From NCBI GenBank assembly GCA_964016885.1, contig OZ024742.1, positions 244,714,001-244,778,000 of the forward strand: a stretch of DNA of 64,000 bases, in the 5' to 3' direction. The stretch's first letter is position 1. The number at the start of each line of letters is the position of its first letter. Of the stretch, positions 26,421 to 39,841 are shown in pieces. The stretch is from Eledone cirrhosa. Its lineage: Eukaryota. The notes under the pieces were generated by a model that saw only the letters and a list, made by a program, of their open reading frames with translations, made no database searches and was not told the origin of the DNA. The translations under genes and the position numbers were made by a program.

Positions 26421-27544
26421 GATAAGGTAAATGTTTGTTGTTATTTTTACACCAATAATAATAATAATACATGCACACACATTCACAAAATAACAATTTC
26501 TAACTTTGATCTGAGGTTACAGGTTTTGCTGTAGAGGGATACTGATTAAATCTGATACTTTTATCAAGTGTTGAGGGATGAAAGGCAAAGTAAATCCCAA
26601 CTTCATTTTAAACTCATGATATAATTAACTACTGCAAAGCACTCTCTGTGGCACGTTACTGTTACTGTCATTTCAATCTCCTTTTTGGAGCAATAATAAT
26701 GAGAATCAAAGTTTAATCATTAAAATGATGAAAAAGGCTAGAGATTTTTTGTGAAAGGAAATGGAAAGGTGTGGTGTTTTTGGCTTTTTATCAAACACAT
26801 TAGCAGGATAAATGAAATGATGTGGCGTCAGATGGGAATTGAAACCTCTAGTTTGGAAAAGAACAACAACAATAACAAAAAAGCCATTAGCAAGAAAGTG
26901 ATAGCTTTATATCTTCATAAGCTCTATTCATTTGAGACATAAAGACATCACCAATAGCAAGAATTGTTACAGCAGCAGGAATCGTTTCCAAGATACACTT
27001 GATAATGTTTTGCATTTTACCATAGTATACATAAAACTTGACCAAACATTAATAATGAATAAAATCACTCGTTCATTACATAGTTCTGAAAATATATTTG
27101 TTGATTTCACAATCAGATAACATATTATTGTCTGCACATTTGTGAAGAAAGATCTAATTGAATATAAATACTTTATAAATAAATAGTCAAATGTCAGTCA
27201 GTTCATAAAATGAGCAATGCTGTTATAATATGTAATTATTATAGGTAAAAATTATGCTAAAAAGTAAACAGATTTTTTTTATTTTTATTCAGATAGACAG
27301 CATTAATATGAAGCCAGATGTGCAAGATGTGCTGTAAACTTCAGAAATATCCATTTTCATGCTTAATAACAATAAAATAGTAAATACATAAATATGCAAC
27401 CAGATGCACATGAAATGCTTTAAACAAGAAAATTGTTTCTTTGATAAGGTCCATAAATAAATAGTGTAAACTATGTAGATATCTTGTGGATATCACAAAC
27501 TATCTGATAGAAAAAACAGTTGGTCTTAACTACAGAATTACTTG

Positions 27545-27860
27545 ATTCTTCTTCTTATGTCCACAACAGTGTCAGTTACAAAGCTTGGCTAGATGCAGTT
27601 CCACCATAGCTGAACACATTACCGTCTTTTCTCATTAAACTCTGCCAAGTCCTATGCTGTGAAGGGGTGTTCCAGCAGGGGCCATATTGGAAGGTACTGC
27701 GTAGTCTGTGGTTCGATGCCGCAGTCACACACAATGTCCCCATCCTTTAAATATCCCCATTTTGCAAGAGTGACTTTTGTATGTCGAATACCAGATCTTA
27801 GTCCGTTTAGGCATTCCCACACTGCATAGTTTGTATCTGCTCAAGGGGGCAGTGCCTCAC
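27545..27860 (-). mobile_element. 3' fragment of an I-group (Ingi/Vingi-like) LINE
   Basis: Manual translation WECLNGLRSG..KVTLAKWGYL..CDCGIEPQT resembles the Ingi/Vingi C-terminal knuckle region; (AAG)n tail. Confidence 0.6.
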
Positions 27861-28600
27861 TCACATAATGGTTTCTGATTTAGGCACAATACCAACAATT
27901 TTTGGGGAGGAGAATACCGATTAAATTGACCTCAGTGCATTACTGGTACTTTATTTTATCGACCCTGTAAGGATGAAAAAGCAAAACTAAGCTTGATGGG
28001 ATTTGAACTCAGAACATAAAGAGCCATAACTATATGCCACAAAGCATGTTGTCTGCCAACCAACTGCCCTTATAACGTTAATAATGGTATTGAAATATCT
28101 TACTATAAGTGCATGAGTTGCACCATATACAAATATCTGTATATGAATTTCATGTACTCTATTTTTCTATATTACCCTCCCTGTTTGACCCACCACATTT
28201 GTAATACATTCTTGTTCCATCTTAATCACCCCTCTTCTATTTTCACTCTCAGACACATTTGCCTTATTCCAAGGCAATCTCTCTTGTGTTGGTGCCACAG
28301 TACACTGTAAAAGGTTGGTGTTAGGAGGGATATTCAGTCATAGAAGCCATGTTAAATAAAGGGTTGAGAGAATTCTTCAGTTGTGTCAAGAACATGACAA
28401 CCTCCTTAGTGCTGGTGCCATAATGAAATGCATGCAGTACACTCCAACCAATAGTGCTTAGTGTTTGGAAGAGCATCCAGTTCTAGAAAAAACTGGAATG
28501 TATGTAAGCCAGATTTGATCCATGACCTGTTTAGGAGGACAGTAGCTCTGATTAAGTACTGACGTGCACTGTCCAACCCATACCGGCTTGGAAACAGCCA

Positions 28601-28813
28601 TTAACCCTTTAGCATTCACATTACTCTATATGTACTATTATATTTTCACAGTAAAGGCTTTACCTCACATAATGGCAAATTTATGAGATTTTGATATTTA
28701 TTTTAAGAACAATACCTTAACATCAGTATGAGTGACCAGTTACAGCCGGTTTGAACAGAAAAAGATGAGAGAATTCTGACTGGATACGGCTAATTTAAAT
28801 GCTAAAGGGTTAA
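28601..28813 (+). mobile_element. piggyBac-type MITE copy
   Basis: TTAA|CCCTTTAGCATT...AATGCTAAAGGG|TTAA. Confidence 0.88.
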
Positions 28814-29384
28814 AACGTTGAGGATTATAACATCTGTATCTCTTAATCTAGACATGAATTTAATTTCTATTAGATCTGATTGAGAGTTGCAAATATTGCT
28901 TCATTCAGAATACAGTGGCATGGTAAGGTCAAGATAACCAGATGTATTATTGCAACCACGAAGAGGTGTTGATGAATGAAGATAGAAATATTGAATTGAA
29001 GAGTTTTATATGTATCCAGGCTAGTTTAGGATGGTCCACTAATGACATTTCTTTATAACGTATTCCTTGCCATTTAATGTTAAAATAAAAATCTTAAATA
29101 AAGGTTATGAGTAATAAATTCATTAAATCTTGCATTTCTTGCTCACCTAATTGTTTACTGCAATAGACTTCTGGTTGAAATATCTGGAATCAAGATTTTA
29201 AGCTACTTTTTATTAAATTGTAGCAAAAATATAAACATTTTGAAAAACAAACTTAATTGTAACTTTCCATGAAACAATTATCTGTAATTTTGAAATTAGT
29301 TTATGACAATTAATTTAAATCACATATAGATCAAACTGCTTTTATTAAAAGTACTTCTCCTCCTCCTTATTACTATTCTTATTA

Positions 29385-29712
29385 TTCTCCCACTTATTCC
29401 TGAGAGGGTCATGGTGAGAGCAGAGTCGTCAAGCACACTTTCCAGCTAGTCCTGTCAAAAGCAACCATCTCCAATTGATCTGGCTGGATCCTCAAGTGGG
29501 ACCAGCCAAGCTCATGGATGTTATTCGACCATCTTGCTCGGGGTCTACTCCTGGGTCTCCTGCTGGTTGCTTTTACCCATAAAATCTGTCTAGCTATTCT
29601 TTCCTGAGACATTCTAACCATATGCCCATAGTATCAGAGCTGTGATCTCTCAATTCAGAGAAGTAGTGGCTCAACCTGGAGTGACTCTCTGATCTCCGAG
29701 CTGTGCACTTTG
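29385..29712 (-). mobile_element. RTE LINE 3' fragment (6190-6635 family)
   Basis: ORF 29409-29621 is highly similar to ORF 6384-6608. Confidence 0.8.
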
Positions 29713-29901
29713 AGTGATGACAAAAAATAAATATAAATTTTAGCTAGTTAAATTTTATATTAGGACTTATAATGTATGTTCTAAAATTTATGTAACCAAA
29801 TTTACTATCTCAACATATATTTAGTTCAGTTTAGAGGTTCTATTGCATACATTTCATGTCAATTTTCTTTTCTCTTCCTGATTTGGTTTATATAGCATAT
29901 A

Positions 29902-30793
29902 TAGGGTGTGGACGATATTTGTTCGCAATTTTCAACTGCTAATTTTATGCACATTTTTTTTTACTTCCGTTGTCACTCTTGTCTTCATAAAAACAGTGAC
30001 TATATTTCCATTATTTATTTTCAGAATAATTGATTATGAATAATTTTGAACCTCCAAATTTGTGGAAGAGACACAGAGTTCTTCTTGGAATCCGCGCTGG
30101 GAGGGCAAATAAGGAAATTTCAGACTTTCTCAGCGTCAGCAGGAGAATAGTGTCTCATCCAAAGACGTGCCCAGAGTCATGCAAACAAAGTTTCCAGCGA
30201 CAGCATTGGTCTTAGGTATCGTCAGCAGTCAAGGTGACATCATGCCACCTCACTTCTTCCCTGAGGGCTTGAAGCTGAACACCGATGGCTACATCCGCAT
30301 TCTGAGCAAGGTAGTAAAGCCCTGGATCGACCAGGTAGCTGCAGGTAGGCCGTACGTGTGGCAGCAAGACTCAGCACCCTGCCATACCAGCTGAAAGATC
30401 CAAGCCTGGCTGTCAGAGAACTTCGTCGACCGCACTTCACCTAACATCTGGCCTCCCAGCTCGCCTGACTGCAACCCCCTCGACTTCTTTGTGTGGGGCG
30501 CAGTGGAATGAGACACCAACAGATCTAGCTGCAATACGAAAGACGATCTGAAGGCCCGGATCACAAGTGCCTTTAGGGGCCTAAGTTGGGGGACAGTGAC
30601 GAAGGCCTGTAGCCAATTCCAAGGCCGCCTTGAGGCCGTCATCAAAGCCAATGGTGGGTTTATCGAGTGAGATCGAAAGAACAAGTCATGAAGACAAACT
30701 GACCCAAGTTTGATAAATATATCTTAAAAAATAAAACTACTGTGTATTTTTTCCTTGACAGTAATCTTGCGAACAAATATCGTCCGCACCCTG
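29902..30793 (+). mobile_element. internally deleted Tc1/mariner element, DD37D (maT) type
   Basis: ~27-bp TIRs (AGGGTGYGGACGATATTTGTTCGCAA), TA on both sides, transposase remnant WQQDSAPCH...WPPSSPDCNPLDF with 37 residues between the two D and two in-frame TGA. Confidence 0.9.
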
Positions 30794-30959
30794 TATATGT
30801 CTTGTAGGCGCTATGGGGAAAAGACCACCCAGTACTCACTGTAAATGAGGTAGGCGTTAGGAGAATTAGTGGAAAATAGATGTAAAACCATGACAAATGG
30901 AGAGATGCTGTGCTGAATAGGACCCGTTCAACCCTTGCAAGCAGGGAAAAGCGGACGTA

Positions 30960-31412
30960 AAATGATGATGATGATATATATATATATCACCGTTTTACGT
31001 CCGTTCTTCCCCGCTAGAATAGGTTAGACGGGTTGTCCTGTTATGGGCAGTGTCCGGTCGGCTGACCTTGTCTTGCTCGGGAACTGATTCTGGCTTGATT
31101 TCTACAGCTGGATGCCCTTCCTAACACCAACCTCATTTACAGTGAGTGCTGGGTGCTTTTTTTTCCGTGGCGCCTACACGTCCACTTTACAGTGTGGGCT
31201 GGGTGCTTTTTTGCCGTGGCACCTCCACGACCACTTTGCAGTGGAATGATAGGAACACCAGTCCTATCATCTCATTTCTACAGCTGAGTAAACTGGAGCA
31301 ATGTGAAATAAAGTGTCTTGCCCAAGGAAACAACACATCACCCAGTCCGAGAAGTGAACTCACAACCTTTCGATTGCAAGCCCAATGCTCTAACCACTAA
31401 GCGATGTGCCTT

Positions 31413-31415
<3 letters not shown>
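30960..31415 (-). mobile_element. tRNA-derived SINE carrying the shared 3' module
   Basis: Minus-strand head GGCACATCGCTTAGTGGTTAGAGCATTGG...GAGTTCACTTC; 3' part shared with the RTEX-like copies. Confidence 0.75.
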
Positions 31416-31442
<27 letters not shown>

Positions 31443-31443
<1 letters not shown>

Positions 31444-32160
31444 CATCATCATCACCATTTTACGTCCGTTCTTCCACGCTAGCATGGGTTAGACGGGTTG
31501 TCCTGTTGTGGGCAGTGTCTGGTCGGCTGACCATGCCTTGCTCATACAGGAACTGATCTGGCTTGATTTCTACAGCTGGATGCCCTTCCTAACACCAACC
31601 TCATTTACAGTGAGTGCTGGGTGCTTTTTCGTGGCGCCTACACGTCCACTTTACAGTGTGGGCTGGGTGCTTTTTTGCCGTGGCACCTCCACGACCACCT
31701 TGCGGTGGGGGGGGGGGGGGCATATTGTTTATATGCTTCAGCATGTACCCATGGGAGGTCGGGTACCCTGTATTACTGCGTGACGCCAGAAGTCACGGTC
31801 GTGTGTCATTGACTTTGAGAGGTGTAGTTGGGTAAGGTCGGCTTTTATCACCTCATCCCAAGTCATATTGGGTCTCCCCACTCCGCGGTTTCCATCAACT
31901 TCTAGTGCTCTGCACCTTTTTATGCAGCTGTCATCCTTCATACGCATCACATGTCCATACCAGCGTAACCGCCTCTCCTGCACGCAGCATTTGATTCCTC
32001 TTATGCTCAGTCTCTCTCTCAATTCATTTATGCTTTGTCGTTCACGTATATTACTGTTACACATCCATCGGAGCATGCAGGCTTCGTTTCTCTCTAATCT
32101 ACGTAAGTCTTCCACCTTCAGCGCCCAGGTCTCACTACCATGCAACATCGCTGTTCGGAT
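31443..32160 (-). mobile_element. 5'-truncated RTE/RTEX-like LINE
   Basis: ORF 31738-32148 (LHGSETW, RRLRWYGHVMR, GRPNMTW). Confidence 0.88.
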
Positions 32161-32165
32161 ACACT

Positions 32166-32292
32166 ATAGGAACGAGTAGGACCCCGACGGCTGAGCTCAA
32201 GCCGTTTCGACGGCTAATTCTGGACGATATGAGTCCAGAATTAGCCGTCGAAACGGCTTGAGCTCAGCCGTCGGGGTCCTACTCGTTCCTAT
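32166..32292. repeat. perfect 60-bp inverted repeat with 7-nt loop, containing the 3' half of a hammerhead-like motif
   Basis: 32166-32225 is the exact reverse complement of 32233-32292. Confidence 0.95.
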
Positions 32293-32382
32293 TACCCACT
32301 CTACTACCCTAAGTATTGAGTACTTTGGTGCATTATGGTCTATCTGGTTCCTTACCTCATTTCCTTCGTTATATATATATAT

Positions 32383-32660
32383 AGGAGACACATGGCTTAG
32401 TGGTTAGAGCATTGGCCTTTTTTCAATTCTCAGACCGGGTGATGTGTTGTTTCCTTGAGCAAGGCACTTTATTTCACATTGCTCCAGTTTACTCAGCTGT
32501 AAAGTGGTCGTGGACGTGCCACGGCAAAAAAACACCCAGCACTCACTGTAAATGAGGTTGGTGTTAGGAAGGGCATCCAGCTGTAGAAATCAAGCCAGAA
32601 TCAGTTCCCGTCCCACCCTTGCAAGCAGGGAAAAGTGGACGTAAAATGAAATGATGAAAT
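32383..32660 (+). mobile_element. tRNA-derived SINE with LINE-like 3' end
   Basis: TGGCTTAGTGGTTAGAGC head; 3' CCCTTGCAAGCAGGGAAAAGTGGACGTAAAATG. Confidence 0.8.
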
Positions 32661-35600
32661 ATATATCTTTATCATGATATATATATATATGTATTATGTT
32701 GGTACTACAAAACATCCAGCCCACAATGTAAAGTGGTCATGTAAAAGACACGGAAAAAAAAGCACCCACCATACACTTAAAATATGGTTGGCATTAGGAA
32801 GGGCATCCAACTGTAGAAAACCAGCCAGAAACAGTCCTATATGAGCAAGACACGGTCACCCGACCCAATTTGCCTCTAAATGGGACAAGTTTTCTACAGC
32901 TAGATGCTCTTTCTATCACCAACAACTTAGAAAACCTACCAAACAAAGGACATCACAACCTTCCTGGTGCTGGCGTCATGATGAAATGAAGTCAGAACTG
33001 TGCAGGATATGTGGTCCAGCAGCCTGTTTGAGCCCTTGATAGGATGTAGGCATATAAGCAAAATGCAGGTTCCTGGCCCATTGTTGAGTTAGTACCTTCA
33101 CTTTGAGTACTAATCCAATCTGCTAATGACTTATCCAATTCTTACTAGCAGAGAAGAAAAATTTTGAAAACCATAAGGTCATTACTATGTTATGAGCCAA
33201 ATTAATGCTTATGAAGTTTAATATTAAATAAAACACTCACAACTGTTTTAATTCTTGTTGAAAATATAAGGCTTATGAAAAATCTAAATCTGGTTAACCT
33301 TTTGACTGCTGATGATAACTATATTATAGAGTATTGGTGTCTTTGCCAGGGACATACCCATGCACAAGTGGCTGAATATAAAATGAAATATTTACTTTTG
33401 GTAAGCTAGAATCCTGTGAACCTTGTCAGTGTTGATTTTTTCATAGGTGTATTTAAGAAGGTCTTACTGTACATTTTCCTGAAAATTGGGTGGTTTCTAA
33501 TCTTATGTAATTAAATGGAATGTTGTGTAACAAACTGTTAATACAGACAGAACTTAGAGATTGTTTGTCAGTATTACTGAACAAGGAAGAAATACTATCA
33601 TTCTAACGATAATAGTTATATCTGAGAAGAAGGAAAACCTTCAGTATCACTTCTTGATGATAGGAAAAGGAAAAATATAGTTGAAATTTATAAATGCATG
33701 GTGATGGAGAATTAAGTTTGCTTTGTCTCGATTGGATATTCTGTTAAAAGTTACAGAACAGGAAAAAAAAAGAAACAAAATTGCTGTAAAAATTGTTGTT
33801 TGAAAATCTCTTTTGTACACAATGAAATAAGATTTAGTTAAGGATAGTTCTGGTAAGAAGAGAGGCAAGAGTTCTATAAATCATCTGAGAAATAGTAAAG
33901 TAAACTGACAATGAGATATGACATAGCTACTGAATTGGACATAACAAGCATTGAAAATTATCTCTTTGGCATTTGGTAAGCAATAAAATAAAAGCAGGAA
34001 TGTGTGTATATAGTGAAGAGAGATAGAAGAGGGTGTAGGTTCTTGTGTAGTAGACAAGGAAACAAACCTATCACAAAGAAGGTGGAGGAAATTTGTAAAT
34101 AATTTATTAACTATGTAACATGAACGATTATATATATACTTAAGTATTTATTGAGTATTTAACAACAAGCTAGCTTTTTGGCATGGTTCACATGGTGAAA
34201 TATTTTATATAAATGTGTGAGTTTACTGCATGATGGAGAAAATTTTTGTTTATGTTGAAATGTTGAGAATGTGCTGAGGTATTTTTGCATTAGATAGATT
34301 AATTCACCATCTATTCTATGCCAACCTGGAAAAGCAGATGTTAAAATGATTCTGTTGTTGAAATTACTACAGAATGTTTACTGGTATTAAGGCATTTATT
34401 GAATCAACTGCCATTCACATTCATCATTATTAATATAATAATCATGTCTAAATGACTGGCATGAGTTATTCTTTATAAGATTATATATTTTCTGACCATT
34501 AACTTCTATAATATGCTTTGATTGGCATCGTCTACAATTTGCAGCAAATATTTATTCCTGGATGTGTGCATAGTAAGGGGCTGGATTCAAACTAGGAACC
34601 TACATTTCTAAGCTAAAAGTATAATGTTGTAACTTGTTATTGTTAGATATCCATAAAGCCACTGACATATCTGTATGAATAGACCTGATGATGATCAAGG
34701 ATCAAACTTAGTGAAACATATTGTAAATGCATATCTAAAGATCAATTTAATAGGCTGAAAAACTTCTTTTTATGTCATATTTACCTGAACTGATAAACTT
34801 GTTAGTATTAATGAGTAGCTTGACTTATAAAAACATCAACATATATTAGTCAGAGGAGACGAGCAGAGTCATAACTTTGGTAGGTTCTCTTAGATTGAAG
34901 TTGGTATTCTGCTTTAACATCATAGGACAAATGTTGGCAGGAAAAACGTGGATGGGAAAGAATTATTTTTTTAAATTGGTTTGGTTGGCCTTTGTAGATC
35001 AACCAGTGAAATTAACACATTTAACGTTTTTCTTATTAATGGTTGCAAGGAAAACATGCAGAGGGTGGGAAGAATTCTGGAGAGCTGAGAGGCTAGACAG
35101 GAATTAGAGGTAAGTCCCTGTGTGAATGGAAGTGGCACGAGATTAACAAGGCATCTCATCTGATGCTCTAACAATTCACTGCCCTTGACTAGTATTCAAT
35201 TTTGTCGAATCTGAAAGTATGAAAAGCAAAATTGACTTAAACAATATTTTAAACTCAGTCTGGAACAAATGATGTAAGACATGTCCTATGCTGTTCCGTG
35301 TATCCTTCCCATTTGAAGATGGTAGGGTATGATTTGAAAGAGTTTGGCTTGGATTTCCAACAGGTCAAGCGACTGCTTAGATTCTCTCTTGTTTGATGTA
35401 GCTATATCAAGTGATGTGGAATAATGAATACCAGCTTCTGATATAGATATTAAGTATGAATTAAGTATTTATTTTATACCATATCAATTACACTCGTATT
35501 GATTGTAGTCAACAAAAACTGGAGAGCTTAAAACATTTTGAGCCTACTTCTCGTTACAGAATTAGGCTCAAAATGTTTTAAACTTAATCCTTTGTTGAAC

Positions 35601-38414
35601 ACATTGAAAACTCAGGGTTTGCCCAGATCGTTATGATCAAAGTCATGATCATTCCATCATTGTTTTTTTTTCAGACAACATTTAGGACCAATTGATCTTA
35701 AGGTTTCATTTGAGGTAGAGTTAGCAACTATTTCTAGTAGATCGAACGACCGCCGATGGGTTTCTTGTTTAGCAATAGAGCTCAATAGTGATTTTATTGT
35801 ATATACATATGTAAATCTGAGAACAATAACAGTCTACTTATTACTGTTATAAAGGCTGTGACTTTTAAACTCATATAAAATAGAACTAAAAGGTGGAAGA
35901 CGGTTTAATTCTGAAAGGCATTCTATTACGAGATATCTTACTTTCGATACATTTGTCCCAGCACCTTTTTCTCTTAGAATCATTTACCATGTATTAAATC
36001 CCGCTCGGCATTTTACGCCAAACCTACCCAATTTTTACCACTTATGGATAAAAATGTCCAACCTTCAATCTGAAATACTACTTCAATTTATTGGAAGTCA
36101 GTATGTGTTATGTTGAGAGATGTCTTTGAGCAAATCTATTGTGAAAGTGTTTTTCTATTTGGAAGTTCTTTGACCCCTTGTGAAGGCCATTTGTCTCCCA
36201 AGCTCACTGTGTCAAAAGAAAGTCTACTTGACTACAAAAACAACGATCCTGTTATGTATTTATAACACAATAAATTTAACACCAACATAATAAAGTGATA
36301 ATACACACATACACATTTCCTAGACTAGATATATATCCCACCGATGATTGAACATTATATACGAATTTAGCTAATTGTATCATTCTACAAGATATTCACA
36401 CATTAATTTGTTATTCTGCACACGTTTAAGTGTGTTATTCTACAATAAGATATCCACCATTTGATAACATGCGTATATATACATATACCGTATTGTTCTC
36501 ATAATATAAGCAACAGCATAGGTCACACCTAACTGTGTATTTTGATAATGTATGCATACATCCTAACTATATGATTGTACACACACCATATGCTCACTTA
36601 ATCACAGTCGCAGCATACACCTACACATACAAAAAAGGAAACCCAGTATATACATACACACATAGACGTACATCATACATACATCCATACATCATACACA
36701 CACATCGTACATATATCATACACCTACACAGAAAAAAAAAAATCAATATAAATACATACACACATAGAGATGTGTGCCGCCCCTGCCCAGTGACACGACA
36801 CATGGTGTCATTAACCATACGTATTGTGACATGAGGAATCAGTCGTACTATAATGCTAAATGACGGACAATGAATAACGTAGTTTACATGCAATAAAGAG
36901 TGAGAAGGTCCAGAGGTAGAGGACACGGTGGTTGGTTGAAGATGGGAAGGGACAGAGAAGGCAGCCAAACTGAAAAATGATATGTGAGAAATCAAGGAGT
37001 GTTTGAGTAAAGCAAAGAAGAAATGACAGAAGGATGTAAATATGAAACACAAAAGAAATATATATATAGAAAAGAAAAGATAAAAAAAAGGAAAGAAGGC
37101 GATGAATGGAGTGGAAAGTAGCAATTGTTGAGAAAAGGAGTGTGATAAACGGGAGTGAGGAGCAGAGAGAGAGGAAAGACACAAGGGGAGTTTAAGGAAT
37201 ATGATCCAAGCTAGTCTCCTCCTTCGGCGTGTAGGTTTGTAACAGTTTGTGTCTGAGTGTCTCTGCGCTAGCAGTTGTGGGTGTGTACTGGGGTGTGAAT
37301 TCACATTCATATTTGCGTACATGGGTGCGTGTGCTTATGAAGAGTGAGTGTATTAATGTGTAACCAGCTTTGTCTGTATTTGTGTATGTTTCTATATATT
37401 TGTATAATCAGTTACATACATACATACACACACACGGACCTTGATACGTAGTTGGTAGATATACGCTGATATATAATGTGTGTTTATGTGTCTAGTCGTA
37501 GAGGTATATTTCAATGTTTTTATGTTATTTTATTTGGACTTTATATATCTGCATCTTTCACTCTCTCTGTTTCACACACACTCTCTTCCCCCAACCCCAC
37601 TCTCTTTCTCTGTTCGAGTTTGTATAGGTTGTCAGTATTGATTGTGAGTATGAATTTCAATATGTTATATGTGAATATAAGTATAGCTGTGTTTATGTGT
37701 GCGAGTTAACGAGATAGGGAGAAGAAAGGAGAATGGAAAAGGGAGAGATAGAGAGTATGAGGGTGGAGGAAAAAGCCGTCGGTACAACTCGGCCAAGCTG
37801 AGTAATGTTTAATCAAAGCGCATGACTATCAGCGCTCCTTTTCCTACTGTTGATTTGCTTGCTGACATGATGGTAACATTGGCTTTTGTGTAAGGGGAAG
37901 GAGAGAGAGGTTTTCTACCTATAGCAGTCACTGCCGATACTGCCTTTTCAACTGACAGACAGACACACAGACCAACCGGCTTGTCAGCCAGTCACTTATC
38001 TTCCTCTCACCTCCTCTCTCTTTTATTAATGCTATATTTAATACCCACTATTATAATGAACTCCTCATACTGTCTTGTATTTCTCTTATGTTACACACAC
38101 ATATATATACTTATATAAACACACACACACGTATATATTTATATAAACACACACACGTATATATTTATATAAACACACACACACACATATATGTATATAA
38201 AAATTATATATATATATATATCCGTATGTGGTTGACGGCTGAGAGAAAAGAGTACTCAATACCAAAGTAGAGTTTTAATCGTTTTATTAAGGCTAAATAG
38301 TGAGTCTTGGTACTCTGGAGTTTCGCCTGCTTACCACAGGGTCATTAGACAAACGCACACACACTTCGTTAATCAATCATCGTCGTTGGAACTGACGGAG
38401 ATCCAATATATATA

Positions 38415-38567
38415 TTGGATCTCAGTCAGTTCCACGAACAGCCTGTTCGTGAAATTAATGTGCAAGTGGCTGAGCATTCTTCATTTTTGTCAGTTGAGTT
38501 GATTGGAGTAAAGTCGAACTCACGATTGAGAGCCGAACACCCTAACCACTTAACCACGCGCCTTCAC
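38415..38567 (-). mobile_element. SINE remnant
   Basis: Minus-strand head GAAGGCGCGTGGTTAAGTGGTTAGGGTGTTCGGCTC...GAGTTCGACT. Confidence 0.6.
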
Positions 38568-39568
38568 ACATGTATATGTAACGTGTATGGGTCTGTGTGT
38601 GTGCTACATTCACCCCGACAAACTGTGGTAATTCATCTCCTCTTTCTCTCATCATCTTTTCTCCGGTTCCATACTAGTTGTGACGCTCTCTAATTTTTTA
38701 CTGTCACTCTTTATCTTCATTATGAATTGTCTTTCTCTATCTGTAACGTGCAGTACTGCTTTCTTTCTTTCACTATCTCCCGCTGTGTATTCACACAACA
38801 CTTTTTATGTCGTTTACAGTAGCTGCGAACAAGTACAATACAGAAACTGCTGTTGTTAATGTGCTCTGGAGTTAATCATATGTGGCAGCTTTTAGTGATA
38901 TCACTATCAAAATTATCATTGTTTTCATACACTCAGCTGCGCACACGCACAGACAATCTACTACAATAACCGACTCAAATACCACCACACATACACAGTA
39001 TTTACTTATGTACGAATATGCACACACACGTGTGTGTGTGTGTGTGTAACCCTCCCTTTCTCTCTCTCTATACATATATATACTATATACATACATACTA
39101 TATATACACACATACATACTATATATATACACAGCATTCTAATAAATTTTGCCTGTACAGGTAACCAAAGTGTGAATACATTTTTTGTTTTTGGGGACAC
39201 CCTATATATATATAGAGAGAGAGAGGGAGGGGGGTTACTCAGAGGGAGAAGGGCAATGCAATGACCTCTGCAGGACATATGAGGTTGGTATGTAAACTAG
39301 GTAAGAAGCAAACTTGACTTATGGGTCAGTCGATATAGAAGGAAGCGGGGCATGAAGATATTGATTTATCTTTAGGCCGTAGACAAGGTCCGAGCACTTA
39401 AAACGGTGGACTCAATAGCAGACAAGGGCCAGGTGGTAGTGCTATATCGGACGATTGCTTCAGCCTTCCACTCCAAAACAAGTACAGTCCATCTGAAGGG
39501 CTTAGCGTTTCAGCTACCTAATATTACAAGATGCGTTCAGTAGAATTTAACCAAGACCCATGTGAGTG

Positions 39569-39623
<55 letters not shown>

Positions 39624-39693
39624 TTATTTGTTAAGTAGTTCCGAATAAAAAGCAAAGGAAAAAAGAGTGCTCTATGTATAATAGAGAGCTATT

Positions 39694-39841
39694 TAATTAG
39701 AAAGTGAACAAACACAATATATAACTACTCCATTACCAACGGTTTCAGGACCCTTCTGATGAGCGAACTAGACGTATGTTAATATTGTCTAGGGTCCTGA
39801 AACCTTTGGTAATGGAGTAGTTATATATTGTGTTGTTCACT

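Noticed and set aside
34684-34720. CTGATGA-TGATC-AAG-GATCA hammerhead-like text
   Set aside because: No GAAA directly after the stem and no stem I or III
36621-37322. 233-aa hydrophobic ORF resembling a membrane protein
   Set aside because: Arises from pyrimidine-rich and GT-rich low-complexity DNA; no domain motif
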